A stretch of DNA of 64,000 bases, from positions 1-64,000 of the forward strand of contig JAAILG010001635.1 of assembly GCA_012026655.1 (NCBI GenBank). The letters run 5' to 3'. The position numbers were made by a program, and so were the translations under genes. The notes under the pieces were generated by a model. The model had not been told where the DNA came from. It saw only the letters and a program-made list of their open reading frames with translations, and did no database searches. Source of the DNA: Hydrolagus affinis (Eukaryota). Below, piece after piece: positions 1-11,335 of this stretch; position 1 is the stretch's first letter; each line of letters starts with the position of its first letter.

Positions 1-1045
1 TGCTACCATTTCCTATTTGGTTTGAATGCTCCATTTGCATAAAGATCATCTCAATCTATCCTAGCCAACGTTTAATGTGTACACATCGTACAGTTAACAA
101 GAAGTTTCTTTCTTCTTAGTTGAAAGTCGATTATACAGTACAGTACCCAAAACAATAGGAATTGTTTGAGTACATCGTTAAGTTGACAAAGCAAAATTGG
201 TTTATCCAGTACAGTATTTGATTTTATCAACTGAGAAGGGAAATATTCAGGCTTTTGTTTTTGACTCCTGCAGCACAGTAACTCAAAGTGAGTTTACTTT
301 TGCCTCTAGATACGGTTTGCATTTTTCATGGCTTTCTGTGGATTTTTTTAAATAAAAACATTTAAAAGGACATGACGATAATAATAATGATCCTTGCATT
401 TAATGGAGCGCCTTTACACAGCTTCAAGACGTCTCAAAGCGCGTCGCAGAATATATTGTAAAGTGAATTGACTTGTGTTTTCTGGGCGAAACGTTTGTCC
501 ACTTCTAGAATTCTACTTCTCCACTTCTCCATCTACATTATGAGTCATCACTAACAACATCAGAGTGTAGCTGTGAGTGTAGGAGGCAATCAGTGTTTAA
601 TTACCATGACCTGTTCCCCTCGATGTTTCTTCCTGAATGACTGAGCAGAACTGGGACTCATTCAGGTTACTGCTATGTTTTGAGAATTTTTCTGTTTGGG
701 GTTGAATTCAGACTTGAATCATGTAAGTGGGATGTCAGTATATAGGTCAGAGACTACAGTAGTACACTGCATTCAGTTTATTTTCACATCAGTGCAGTTT
801 TGTTGGACAGATCATAATTGTACACAGATACGAGCTGCCGGGGTAAAATAAGCAAATTATCGATGGATGAATCTGCACAAAGTAATATTATGATTTCAGA
901 ATATGGTTCAAGAATATTTGTGGAAATTGAATGGCAAAGTGATGGCAGCTTAGTTATATTGGCATTGAATTTCATAGTTTATTATAATAATAATCTTTGC
1001 ATTTTATATTGTGCCTTCTTATAGTTATCATACAGTATCTTGCAG

Positions 1046-1255
1046 TGGAGCTCCTGTAGCTCAGTGGTTAGAGCACTCGCCTTACAAGCGTGAGACCTGT
1101 GTTCGAATCCAGGCAGATCAGGGCGTTTCTCTTCGACCGCGCCTTTGGTCACCTTTCTACCCTTGCCCCTGTCTCAGTCTTGGGATCCGTTGTTGCGAAG
1201 TGCTCTGAGACGCTGTCCGGCGTGGAGGGCGCTATATAAATTGAAGTTGTTGTTG
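1046..1255 (+). mobile_element. tRNA-derived SINE head joined to an L2 3' tail
   Basis: A box TAGCTCAGTGG and B box GTTCGAATCC (1046-1125), then ctcttcgaccgcgcctttggtcacc...gcgctatataaattgaagttgttgttg. Confidence 0.8.
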
Positions 1256-1522
1256 CTCTACAGATTGTCTGTCGAAATTTACATTAAAAGCAGCTCTGAG
1301 CATTTAATTAACCTATAACATTGGTCATGTTTGAAATGGATCCATTATACCGTTGATTGGAGATTTCTTCCAATTTTAAACATTGCTTGAGGCTTGTTAA
1401 TTTTGGATTTGTTTCTTCTAGCCTGACCAGTGGTCCAATTAATAAGCCAGTTCACATGATCTATTCATTTCTTCCATTTGAATCCTGTCTTCTCTCAATT
1501 TTGTTTTCTCCTCTTGATTAAA

Positions 1523-1697
1523 GTGGAGTCCTATAGCTTAATGGTTAGAGAACTCGCCTTGCAACCGAGAGGACTGGGGTTCGATTCCCAGGCAGGGAGG
1601 AGAAACGTTGGGCAAGTTTTCTTACTCACATGCCTCTGTTTACCTAGCAGTAAGTAGGAACCCGGTTGTTAGTTGATTGGCAGATTGCTTCTCTGTG
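1523..1697 (+). mobile_element. tRNA-derived SINE, 5' half
   Basis: ggagtcctatagcttaatggttagag...ggttcgattccc...ttgggcaagttttcttactc...gtttacctagcagtaagtaggaacccgg. Confidence 0.85.
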
Positions 1698-1754
1698 GAG
1701 AAAAAAATTATTTAAAAAATATAAGTAGGTCAACTATAAACCAGAGCAATACTA

Positions 1755-2015
1755 AAAGGGCATTTTCAGGTTAGACACCAGGAAGTTTTACCAGATGGGT
1801 AATTCATGTTTTTTTTAATTAAAGTTTCTTTACCCGGTGGGTAATTAATAACTGGAACTCGTCGCCAAGAAGCGTAGGACATTTGACTCTCTTTTTAAAA
1901 ACAGCTTGATGCTTTGATGGGAAGACTAGTATGGCAATCTGGAAGGATGAGATCAAGTGGGCTGAAGGTCTTTTTTCATCAAAACAATCTGTGATCTCAT
2001 AATTAATCATTGTGT
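1755..2015 (+). mobile_element. CR1-type LINE 3' end, degraded
   Basis: tttctttacccggtgggtaattaataactggaactc...tttaaaaacagcttgatg...gatgagatcaagtgggctgaagg. Confidence 0.6.
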
Positions 2016-2589
2016 TCAAGAGAGAAGGGGAAATCCACTCTTACAGCCTTCTAGCCTTCAGCTGTACTGTCATATTATTCTGATTTCAGTGAGTTGTAAT
2101 CCCAGAGGAAATTTTCCTTTTACTTTTGCCCTGTGATTGCTTCACCAAACCAAAATTAGGAAATCCAATAAATTCCCCTCATTTGCACACAGTTTGAATA
2201 ACACTCCCCGAATCAGCAGCTCGTCAGGTTAATTTTCATACTGGAAATGGCAGTGGTGTGCAGAAAAGATTCTCTGTTATGGTTGCAAAAATGGTTTGTT
2301 TAGAATCTTTTTTTAAAAAAAACAAGAAGTAGGTCAACTACAAACTATTTGAAGAGGCAGCAACCTAATTTAACTGCAAGGTTGAGGGGAAACAATATAC
2401 AGAAATAAAGGAACAGGAGTTGAAGGGAAATCTTAAAAGAGAGCGAGCAAAACGTGAACCAGAGTCGCAGTAAGTGAATTAACAGCAAAACTACCGAGAT
2501 CAGACGAGAAATTTAAAGGTGATAATACGTAATCATGAATAAAGTGAAATTTTGCACTCTTCAAGACTGACATCAACAGTATTTTTTTT

Positions 2590-2730
2590 TTAAAAAGCGA
2601 AAGGGATTAAGGGATATGAGCATAGGGCAGGCAAATAGAATTAGGATAGAAGATCAGCCATGATCGTATTAAATGGCAAGGCAGGCTTGAAGGGCCGAAT
2701 GGCCTACTCCTGTTCCTGATTCTTATGTTC
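2590..2730 (+). mobile_element. CR1 (shark HER1/HE1-type) 3' tail
   Basis: gatcagccatgatcgtattaaatggcaaggcaggcttgaagggccgaatggcctactcctgttcctgattcttatgttc. Confidence 0.8.
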
Positions 2731-2858
2731 AACAACAGCGACAACTTGTATTTATATAGCACACCTCATGCAGGATTGGGTCCCAGAGCGCTAAAAGCTT
2801 TCAGTCATATCAGATGTGACTCTTCAATGAGAAGACCAGTAGAGTTAGTAAATTGAAA

Positions 2859-3480
2859 TAACAACAACAACAAAATTACATTTGTAGAGCGCCTTCCACG
2901 CCGGGAGGAGTCAGGGGTCATGAGCATGGTGGTGGAGTGGGGGGCAGGATTGGGATGAGGGGGTGCAGAGAGGTAGGATGGCGGCTGAAGGCAAGGTCGA
3001 AGTGGAGGGTCTTGAGACCAGTCTTGGAAGGAGGTGAGGTTGGGAGCAAGACGAAGGGTTTGCGGGATTGATTTCCAAAGCATAAGGGCAGAGAGGCTGA
3101 AAGCCCGTCCACTGATGGTAGGGCAGGTCGGGTGGAAGACACGGAGCCTGATGAATGGAGGGAGTGGACAGGTTGACAAGGGGTCAGCAGGGCAAAGTGG
3201 TAGGTGGGGGCAAGGCTGTGGGGGGCCTTGAATGTAAGGACAAGGATCTTGAATTCGATCCTCTGAGGAATGGGGAGCCAGTGGAGCTGGGCGAGGGTGG
3301 GGGTGATGGGGTCGCAAAGCCTAGTGCGGGAGAGGCCACAAGCTGCAGATGTTTGGATGATCTTCAGTTCATGGAGGGAAGAGTTGGGGTGGACTACAAG
3401 GAGGGAGTTGCCGTAGTCAAGCCTTGAGGTGACAAACACGTGCGTAAGGATTTCAGCGGCCTGAGGCGTGAGGCAATGGT
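2859..3480 (-). mobile_element. L2 (LINE-2) 3' fragment, frameshifted ORF2 C-terminus
   Basis: FVTSRLDYGNSLL...PITPTLAQLHWLPIPQRIEFKILVLTFKA (typical L2 ORF2 end). 3' end gcgctctacaaatgtaatttt(gtt)n on the minus strand. Confidence 0.9.
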
Positions 3481-4782
3481 AGAAACTGTATAACAGGCTG
3501 AAAGTCTACCTTTATTAGAATTTATCTTGTTTCTTCGGTTTGCTATATTCCTCTGTTTTTCTTGCTTGCTCTCTCTGATGCTCTTTGCCCTTTTTGGCCT
3601 ACTTTTCTTCAAACCCAGAAAAAATTTACTTGTTCTGAAACTGGGATTTCTTTTTGGGGCCTGCCTTCTCAATGACTATTCTGGTTTGTCAGGCCTTATT
3701 TAGCTACACCTAATCTTTGAAAATGACACCCTGCTCTCTTATCACTCTTGAGACGCTACCCAGCCTAAGGAGCGCTATATAAATACAAGTTGTTGTTATT
3801 GTTATTATCAACCAAATCAGCCTTGGTTTTTAATTTTCCTTTGCTGCTTTATCGTTTTGCATCTATCCTGCAGGTATTCTGGGGCAGAGTAGGGTGTGTT
3901 ATAGTCCACTGAGAATGCTTGTGGTGTCCTGGCTTCTTGTGCTCTTTTTCTAGGTCACCAACACAGGTGTCTAGGTTCATTTCTGTTCTGTGTAGCTGTA
4001 CCTTTCTGTCGAAACCTTATACTTGAACTTTGATGTGTAGAAGAAGGACCCGTATACAACAACAATTTTGATTTATACAGCACCCTCCACGCCAGACGGC
4101 GTCTACATCTGCTAAATATAGTTTCCTTGGGAATGAATTGGATCCAATAAGACATGTATGGTAAAGCAGTAATCTAGGCTTTGATGATGCATGATGAGGA
4201 CCTGTCTTTATCTTAAATACTGAATTACTAATGAACATGTTCATCTATCAACAATGCCTTAGATGAAAGCGTTTGCCAGGCCACGTCTGTGTGAAGCCAA
4301 TTTACCCCACGGATGGTATATTATATATAATCTTTTTATCAACTTAAAAATATTGAAGGGATGAGTGAGCCCATTGGGACTTGGAGCCAGATGCAGCTCA
4401 GATACAGCCGACAAGTATGTCTTGCAGGCTCTCTGCTTGTTTTCTCTGCCACTACCTCCTGATTGAGAACTAAAAACCTCTGGTAAACAACTATAAGCTC
4501 GTGATGAATGATCTTCATAAAACCGTGTTAATAACTGTTAAAAGTAGATCTAAATTGCAAGGGATTATTGTGGAGCAATCAATAGTAATGTCAAATGATT
4601 CACAGTACTGTAACAACTTTTCCAGTTGCGAATGTAGAAAATAATGAGTATTTAGGGGGTATAAAAGAGCTTTAATCTATTGCAATTTCGTCCACAAAAA
4701 AGTCAAAACAATTTAAAATATATTTTATGAAGCACTTTGAGACATGATGATGTGATAAGGTGCTATATCAAATGCAAGTAAT

Positions 4783-5165
4783 AACAACAACAACAACTTT
4801 GATTTATATAGCGCCCTCCACTCCAGCAGGGATAGAAAGGTGACCAAAGGCGCGGTCGAAGAGAAAGGTCTTCAGCTGGGACCTGAAGCTGAGAAAAGGG
4901 GGCGAGGCAAAGGTAGTGAGGGAGGTAATTCCAGAGCCTCGGGGCGTAGTGGCTGAAGGCACGGCCGCCGAGGGTGGAGTGGAGGATTCAGGGGGGACAT
5001 GGAGGAGGCCAGACCCAGTGGAGCGAAGGCAACGGAAGCTGGTTTGAGGAGAGAGGAGGTCGGAGAGGTAGGGGGGTGCAGCGAAGTGGAGGGATTTAAA
5101 GACAAGGGTGAGGATCTTGAAGTCAATCCTCTCTGGGACAGGGAGCCAGTGAAGTCTGGCAAAGA
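4783..5165 (-). mobile_element. L2 3' fragment
   Basis: RLHWLPVPERIDFKILTLVFKSLHFAAPPYLSDLL...FRSQLKTFLFDRAF and a (gtt)n tail, tail-to-tail with a SINE ending near 4782. Confidence 0.9.
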
Positions 5166-5694
5166 CAGGGAGCGAAGTTTGGTGCCTTATCATGGAGGCA
5201 GGCACTTCTTTTTCTTCTTCCTCCCCCCTCTTCTTGTACCCTGTGGATAACCATGATCCCATTTTATGTTCTTGAGCAGTTCTTTCATTCAAATACCTTT
5301 ATACTATGTGTGAAACTGATTTGAAGATCATCCCTGGATCGTTTACTGCACTCGTGCTTTATCTGCATATTAATGAACTGTGTTGTGTAGATGGAGATGT
5401 AAGTCTCTTGGTTGTTTTATGTTATTTTAGATCATGGAAAACGCCTTCAGGTGAGACTGTTCAATGGGATCCATGTGTTGTGCATTTAATGCTTTTTTGT
5501 TAATCACAGCTGCTCGCTGCTTAATGAGTGATACTCAGTGCTGGCACTTAGCCTTTGCTCTTGTTGCTGCTGCACCTTGTACATTTAGGAGTCTCAGTCT
5601 GTTTCATTCCATGCACTAGAGGGGCTTGTGAAGACAATCTTCATCCTATATCTTACTGCTTACAGCTCTTGCCTCACAAGTGATTCCCTTGCAG

Positions 5695-5919
5695 TGCGAA
5701 ACGTTTGGTAAGCTTCCAATTGCGCACAGCAGCGTCCCCTACAAATAGTCATGGGTTGAAATGATCAATTTTTATTATTGTGTTTTTTGGGGGATGGATT
5801 ATTAATTGGAGTGTGGAGTAAGGAAACCTGCCCAAGATTTCACCCTGATCTGCCTGGATTCGAACATAGGTCTCACGCTTAAGGCGAGTGCTCTAACCAC
5901 TGAGCTACAGGAGCTCCAC
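5695..5919 (-). mobile_element. tRNA-derived Deu-domain-like SINE
   Basis: Head nearly identical to 1046-1125 on the opposite strand; includes ccaattgcgcacagcagcgtccc. Confidence 0.85.
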
Positions 5920-6760
5920 GTTTAGCAACTTTGCTCCTAACTCCCCCCTGTTACTGTTATTGAGAAGTTGGCGATTGTGGGGGAAGTACATATTTCTAAA
6001 GTCAAGGACAAGTGGCGACAAGGCCATTTTGCCACCAAGGTGAAATATTTAGTTACGGCGACTGTATTGCTGGGAAAAGCCGGGTCCCGTGTTGGGAAAG
6101 GTCTGCCACAGATGATTCTATGTTTCATTCCTGTCTGCCTACCATAGAAGGAGTTCCATCATTGGGAGAACCTGTATTTTTACAAACAATAACTACAAAA
6201 TTATATTTGAATAGCACCTTTCACGCCAGGAGGACGATAGATGCAAAGTACTTTTAATCCAATTGCACTACCAATTTTAATGCTTATTCATTCATTGCAA
6301 TTGGCGAATAGTGGATCAAATAACAAAACATCTCATAGAATAGCATTCAGGAACACTTATGCTCTCTCCTCGTCCCCTTTGCTGCCTTTCCGATCGCCTT
6401 TGCTCCAGCAATTTATCGGGATTGGCTTCATTGGTGCTCCATAAGGGTCACAATGACGTGGAGAAAGGTTGGAATGGAATGGGACTTGACGTTTGTTTTG
6501 CCTGTGTTGCCACATGCAACCTTGGTGCGTTTGGCTGTACATATTACGGCTTCGCGACTTGCAAATTCTGATCAGAGCATTTGTGAGGTCAACTATCTTT
6601 TTAATAATTAGAATGCTTGCATTTGACATAGCACCTAATCGGGTCTTTGTGAGGCCTCGAAGTGCTTCACAGAATATATTGTTAAGTGAAATGACTGTAT
6701 ATTTTGTTGGTGAAGGCAAGCAGCCAATTGAGCACAGCAAAATGCAAGCATTATCATTAT

Positions 6761-7004
6761 CAAAACACATAATACTACAGATGCTGGGAATCTGAAACAA
6801 AACCAGAAGTTGCTGGGGAAACTGAGCAGGTCAGGCAGCATCTATGGAGAAAGGAAAAAGTCAACATTTTGGATCTACAACTCTTTGTCAGAACTCAACG
6901 AACTCTAACGAAGATTTGTAGACCCGAAACGTTGACTCTTTTTCCTTTCTCCATGGATGCTCCCTGACCTGCTGAGTTTCTCCAACAACTTCTGTTTTTG
7001 TTTT
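6761..7004. mobile_element. head-to-head palindromic pair of Penelope-derived pseudo-LTR fragments
   Basis: 6795-6896 is close to the reverse complement of 6900-7004 (cagaagttgctggggaaactgagcaggtcaggcagcatc / gatgctccctgacctgctgagtttctccaacaacttctg). Flanked by aagcattatcattat (6746-6760) and aagcattattattat (7005-7019). Confidence 0.8.
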
Positions 7005-8208
7005 AAGCATTATTATTATAATTGGTTTATTTTCTAATCCTCTGAATCAAGTTGGCACACAGAGTATGTTTTCTGATACTTTTCGTTGACAAGATCATAC
7101 TCCTGCACCAATTACTTTGACGATTGAGCTGCTTTGTTAGTGTGATACTGTGGAATACTGATCAGTTGTTACCAGATTGTTAGGTATCCCAAATGGTGGA
7201 AAATTCAGCTCTTAATAGTGCAATTGCTTCTGAAAGAGAAAGCAGTCTACATTTATGATTAATGTATTGTTCTATTGTTTCAAAGATTCAAAGAAGTTGA
7301 AATGGGCAACAAATAAGGATGACGAGAATTTCGGTTTGGAAGTTCAAATAATGAACTATGAACCTTGGCCTTTTACTTGGGTTTCTCAGTAAAAACAAAT
7401 GGCTAGCAATTAACCTTGAGCTGTGAAATTGGTTTCCAGGAATTTTGTTTAAAACATATTATTTTAGCAAGTAAAACTTTGCACTTGGTCCTGTAACTGT
7501 TTTACTATACACATCTTATTTCATCAATGGACTTGTGCCATTCCCGTCATTAGCAAATCAACAGTGTCATGAAGTATGTTGTAAGAGGTCTGTACTGTAC
7601 TTCCAGTTTTCATTACGCTGCAGGACTCCATAAGTCCTTAGAAATCTTTATTTAATTGTTAAAAGTTACAAATCTCTGATTTTTAGATTCAATATCTCTG
7701 TATAAAGGGAAAGTTTTCAGCTGTTGCTTCTACATCAGAGAATCTTATAGGCACATTTAATACATCCAGGCATTTCTCTGGGCCATTAAAAAAAGGAGCA
7801 GGCCTCGACTAACCTGCAGACAACCGTATGGTTTCACTGTATTCCTTATTTAGATTTTAAGTGCTAGAGTTTGGGGGTTTGGGGAGATTTTCTAATAACA
7901 AAAATTGGTTGTATGAAATAATGTTTGGATCCCCAGGCGCTGAATTTAATGAGTCAGAGATAAACGAGCCCTGACTGTAGCTGGCTTGCCTGTTAATTCC
8001 ATGAACCTTAAACTTTAAAGGCACAGTATGAACTTCATAAAATTCATTATGAAAATGTAAATAAATTCCAGCTTTTCCCGCTAATTCAGTAGTGTTCATA
8101 GAAAAAAATATTTAAAAAAACTCCAGTAGCAATGTCAGGCACAATAATCCATGATTATTTGTGGGACACGACTGTGTGCAATTTGCTGCTTCATTACATC
8201 CACAAAAC

Positions 8209-8308
8209 NNNNNNNNNNNNNNNNNNNNNNNNNNNNNNNNNNNNNNNNNNNNNNNNNNNNNNNNNNNNNNNNNNNNNNNNNNNNNNNNNNNNNNNNNNNN
8301 NNNNNNNN
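8209..8308. other. assembly gap (100 N, probably unknown size)
   Basis: Run of exactly 100 N, flanked by SINE fragments of opposite orientation. Confidence 0.99.
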
Positions 8309-8403
8309 CCCTGACCTGCCTGGATTCGAACACAGGTCTCCCCAGCTTGGTCTCCCCAGCTTGCAAGACAAGTGCTCCAACCACTGAGCCACAGGAGCTC
8401 CAC
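8309..8403 (-). mobile_element. tRNA-derived SINE head
   Basis: ggattcgaacac...ccactgagccacaggagctccac, with an internal tandem duplication ggtctccccagctt x2. Confidence 0.8.
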
Positions 8404-8404
8404 G

Positions 8405-8700
8405 TGGATATAGCCCATCTCCACGCCGGACGGTATCTCAGAGCGCTTCACAATACCGGATCCCGGGACCGAGCCAGGGGCAGGGGGTAGAAAGGTGACC
8501 AAAGGTGCAATTGAAGAGAAAGGTCTTCAGCTGTGACCTGAAACTGAGAAAAGAGGGGGGTGAGGCGAAGGTAGTGAGGAAGGGAATTCCAGAGCCTCGG
8601 AGCGTAGTGGCTGAAGGCCTGGCCGCCGAGGGTGGAGCAGAGGATTCGGGGACACAGAGGAGGCCAGATCCGGTGGAGCAAAGAAGGGGGCAGGGAGAAG
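8405..8700 (-). mobile_element. L2 3' fragment
   Basis: STLGGQAFSHYAPRLWNSLP and FRSQLKTFLF in adjacent minus frames. Same subfamily as the 4783-5165 copy. Confidence 0.85.
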
Positions 8701-9421
8701 ACAAGAGGGCAGAAAGGGGGGAAAAGAGGTAGGGACCAGAGCAGGAGGGAGGGGTCATGGTTGGGGAAAGGAAAGTAGGAAAATTTAGTGTATATTTGTG
8801 GGAAAAACAAGCAGCCAAATTGCGCAAAACAGTGTCCCACAAACAGTCGTGGAAGTGGGGTTTGGGGAAAAAGAGTGTAATGGGAGGGGCCGGGGTAGGG
8901 GGAAGGAGAGTAGAATGAAGTTGGTGTGGGTGAGAATGCGGATGGCGGAGTTTTGGTTGAGCTGAATTTTGTGAATGGTGGAGGAGGGGAGACCAGTGAG
9001 GAGGAGGGGATTACTTCATCACTCAGAGTATATCAAATGAATGTATCTCTACTTATATTTTCCAATATTATTATGAATAATGATATTTTTGGCCCTCACA
9101 TATGTCTTTCCTTCTTTCACACACTTTGACTCGTCCAGATCTTTGCTTTTCAAGTCCTGCCTGGCTTCAAGTCCCACACTCAAATCACCCGTCTTCCTGC
9201 TGAGTTCAACTGGCTTATTTCTTATTTCAACAGCAACAAACTACATTTGGGTAGCACCTTTAATGTCAGGAGTATGTCCCAAGGGTGTTGTCAGTCATTT
9301 TGAAAATATGGATTTACCATTTTCTAAGACCAACCCTTTCTTGAATAACAGGAGAGTCACTTTTATTTCTTTTACGTCGATTTTATTTTAAAACGTCTTT
9401 GTATTATGTATTGTTTTGCAG

Positions 9422-9492
9422 AGGAAGCCTTTCTGATGCCAGCTGTAAACATCTGTTGGAATTGGTGTAATTCGTGCAGAAAACCGCCACAG
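9422..9492 (+). other. candidate upstream (5' UTR) exon of mib2, 71 nt
   Basis: T-rich tract ending ttgttttgcag| at 9421 and a consensus donor CAG|gtaagt at 9493, in non-repetitive sequence on the mib2 strand. No transcript evidence. Confidence 0.45.
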
Positions 9493-9844
9493 GTAAGTGG
9501 AAACTGTTGACAGATTATACGTAATAATTCTTGCATTTATTAGGGTGTCTATAAAGTCAGAAAGTCTGGAAGCATTTCACAGAGAATTGCTAAATTCTCA
9601 TCCAATTTATTCTGTATATATTGTACAGTTTTGGAATGTTATCTCCAATTTAAGAACAGAATTATCTGAAGAGGGAATCTGTATGAGGGGTTCATAGTCA
9701 TGACAATATTCTTTGCTGTTAATTAATTAGACCACTAGGAATCGCTAATTCTGATTTCAATTGGCTGCTTTTGTGTATTAATATTTTTGAATTATTTCAT
9801 TCACAATGTGGACAATTGGGGAGGTCTAGTTTGCAGGGCTATGT

Positions 9845-9946
9845 TATGCGGAGAGGGGGAGTGGGATTGATTTTAACAGCTCTTTTAAAAGAAATGGCAC
9901 AGATATGATGGGTTGAATGACCTTTTTGTGCTGTATGATTCTATGA
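9845..9946 (+). mobile_element. CR1 3' tail
   Basis: ggcacagatatgatgggttgaatgaccttttt-gtgctgtatgattctatga. Confidence 0.7.
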
Positions 9947-10657
9947 ATGTGTGTTGAATCATGTAGTGTAGTGGTTAGCAATTCCTGGGTGGGGCGAAAC
10001 CTTAAGCAAGTTTCCTTACTGCACACACTTCTGTTTATCAAGCAATAAGTAGGAAGTGGTTATTAACCCGGTGTAGGGTCCTATAGCTCAGTGGTTAGAG
10101 CAGTTGCCTTGCAAGTGAGAGACCTGGGTTCAGTTCCACAAAATACCCAAGTCACTGCACTTTACCATATATTTTGTGAAATGATTTGAGACGTCTCAAC
10201 GACTGATAAATATATCAAATGCGAAGATTATTATTTTGCAGTTTTTAAAAAAAAATAAGTGAAGCAAAAGTAGCTTTGTGGAACCAAATTAGCAGCATGA
10301 TCTTAAGCCTCGGACAAAAAACAATGGATGTAGAGAAATTATAGCAATGAGACTTGTGGCTTTAAAAAGTAGTGGGGGTTAAGTCTACGTGGAAGAATAG
10401 TTTATATAGGCTGAGCTCACTGTCTGAAGGTCTATGGGTTTCTTTTGATTTCTTTCCAAAACTGAGCACCTCCTGCTGAAGTTCAGTGTTATTTTCCACT
10501 AATGTGTAAAATATTGTACATGAAAATTTGCCTTTTGAGGCATAATAAAAGTAGGGGGAGAACGATTTAATATGATTGTGTTGTGAATAATTGGGTAGGA
10601 CTGCTTTTTATACAAAAAAAACTGGTTTATGTCCAAGCTTACGTATGTATTCTGTAC

Positions 10658-10825
10658 ACTGTGGAACTCCATCCCGCAGCCCCTCTGCCTCGCTTCCTCC
10701 CTTTCCTCCCTTTCCTCCTTCAAGGCCAATCTCAAGACCTTCCTCTTCGACCATGCCTTCGACTGCCCGCTAACTCTTGCCCCTCTCCCACTCTCCTGCC
10801 CCTTCCCCCTACCCCCTACCCTGAC
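10658..10825 (+). mobile_element. L2 3' fragment
   Basis: LWNSIPQPLCLASSLSSLSSFKANLKTFLFDHAF. Confidence 0.8.
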
Positions 10826-11159
10826 CCTTCCCCCACCCAACAAATTTTGTTATTCTTGTTGTGGTATTCCATACTATTATTGACTTTACCTAGCCTGCAT
10901 AATCTTTTGAAGAAGAGTCTTGCCTTCCTCCTTACCCCTCGCTCCATTCTTCACCCCGGACCAGGTAAATCAATAAAAACTCAAGGATATCCGTCTCACC
11001 TCATACCTTTCATCATATATCCTTGAGTACTTGCTTTACTTGCTGTGATATTGCCAAGATTCTCCTGTTCATGAGCTGATTATGCACCGCAAAGTGTTTG
11101 ACTGTTTCTCTCCCCTCACCCACCCCACCATCACTTCTAATTCTATTTTTCACTGCTCT

Positions 11160-11335
11160 ATTTTGAGACCCATCTCAAGACCCTCCTCTTCAACCGTGTC
11201 TTTGGTCACCCCGCTATCTCTACCCTCCCTGCTCTCCACCCCTCCTGATCCCTACCACCAGCTCCTGTGCGGACCCCTGATTATCCAGCGCCTCCTGACG
11301 TGAAAGGCGCTGTACAAATGTAATTTATTATTGCA
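11160..11335 (+). mobile_element. L2 3' tail
   Basis: ctcaagaccctcctcttcaaccgtg...cctcctgacgtgaaaggcgctgtacaaatgtaattt. Confidence 0.7.

Noticed and set aside
1046-1125. tRNA gene (Val/Ala-like); also at 1523, 5840, 28531, 46534, 47428
   Set aside because: A/B boxes and D/anticodon arms are present, but there is no proper acceptor-stem closure. Each continues into SINE or L2 sequence and copies are mutated, so these are SINE heads.
2805-3439. 170-aa and 173-aa ORFs as host genes
   Set aside because: Frameshifted L2 ORF2 remnant and its alternative frames.
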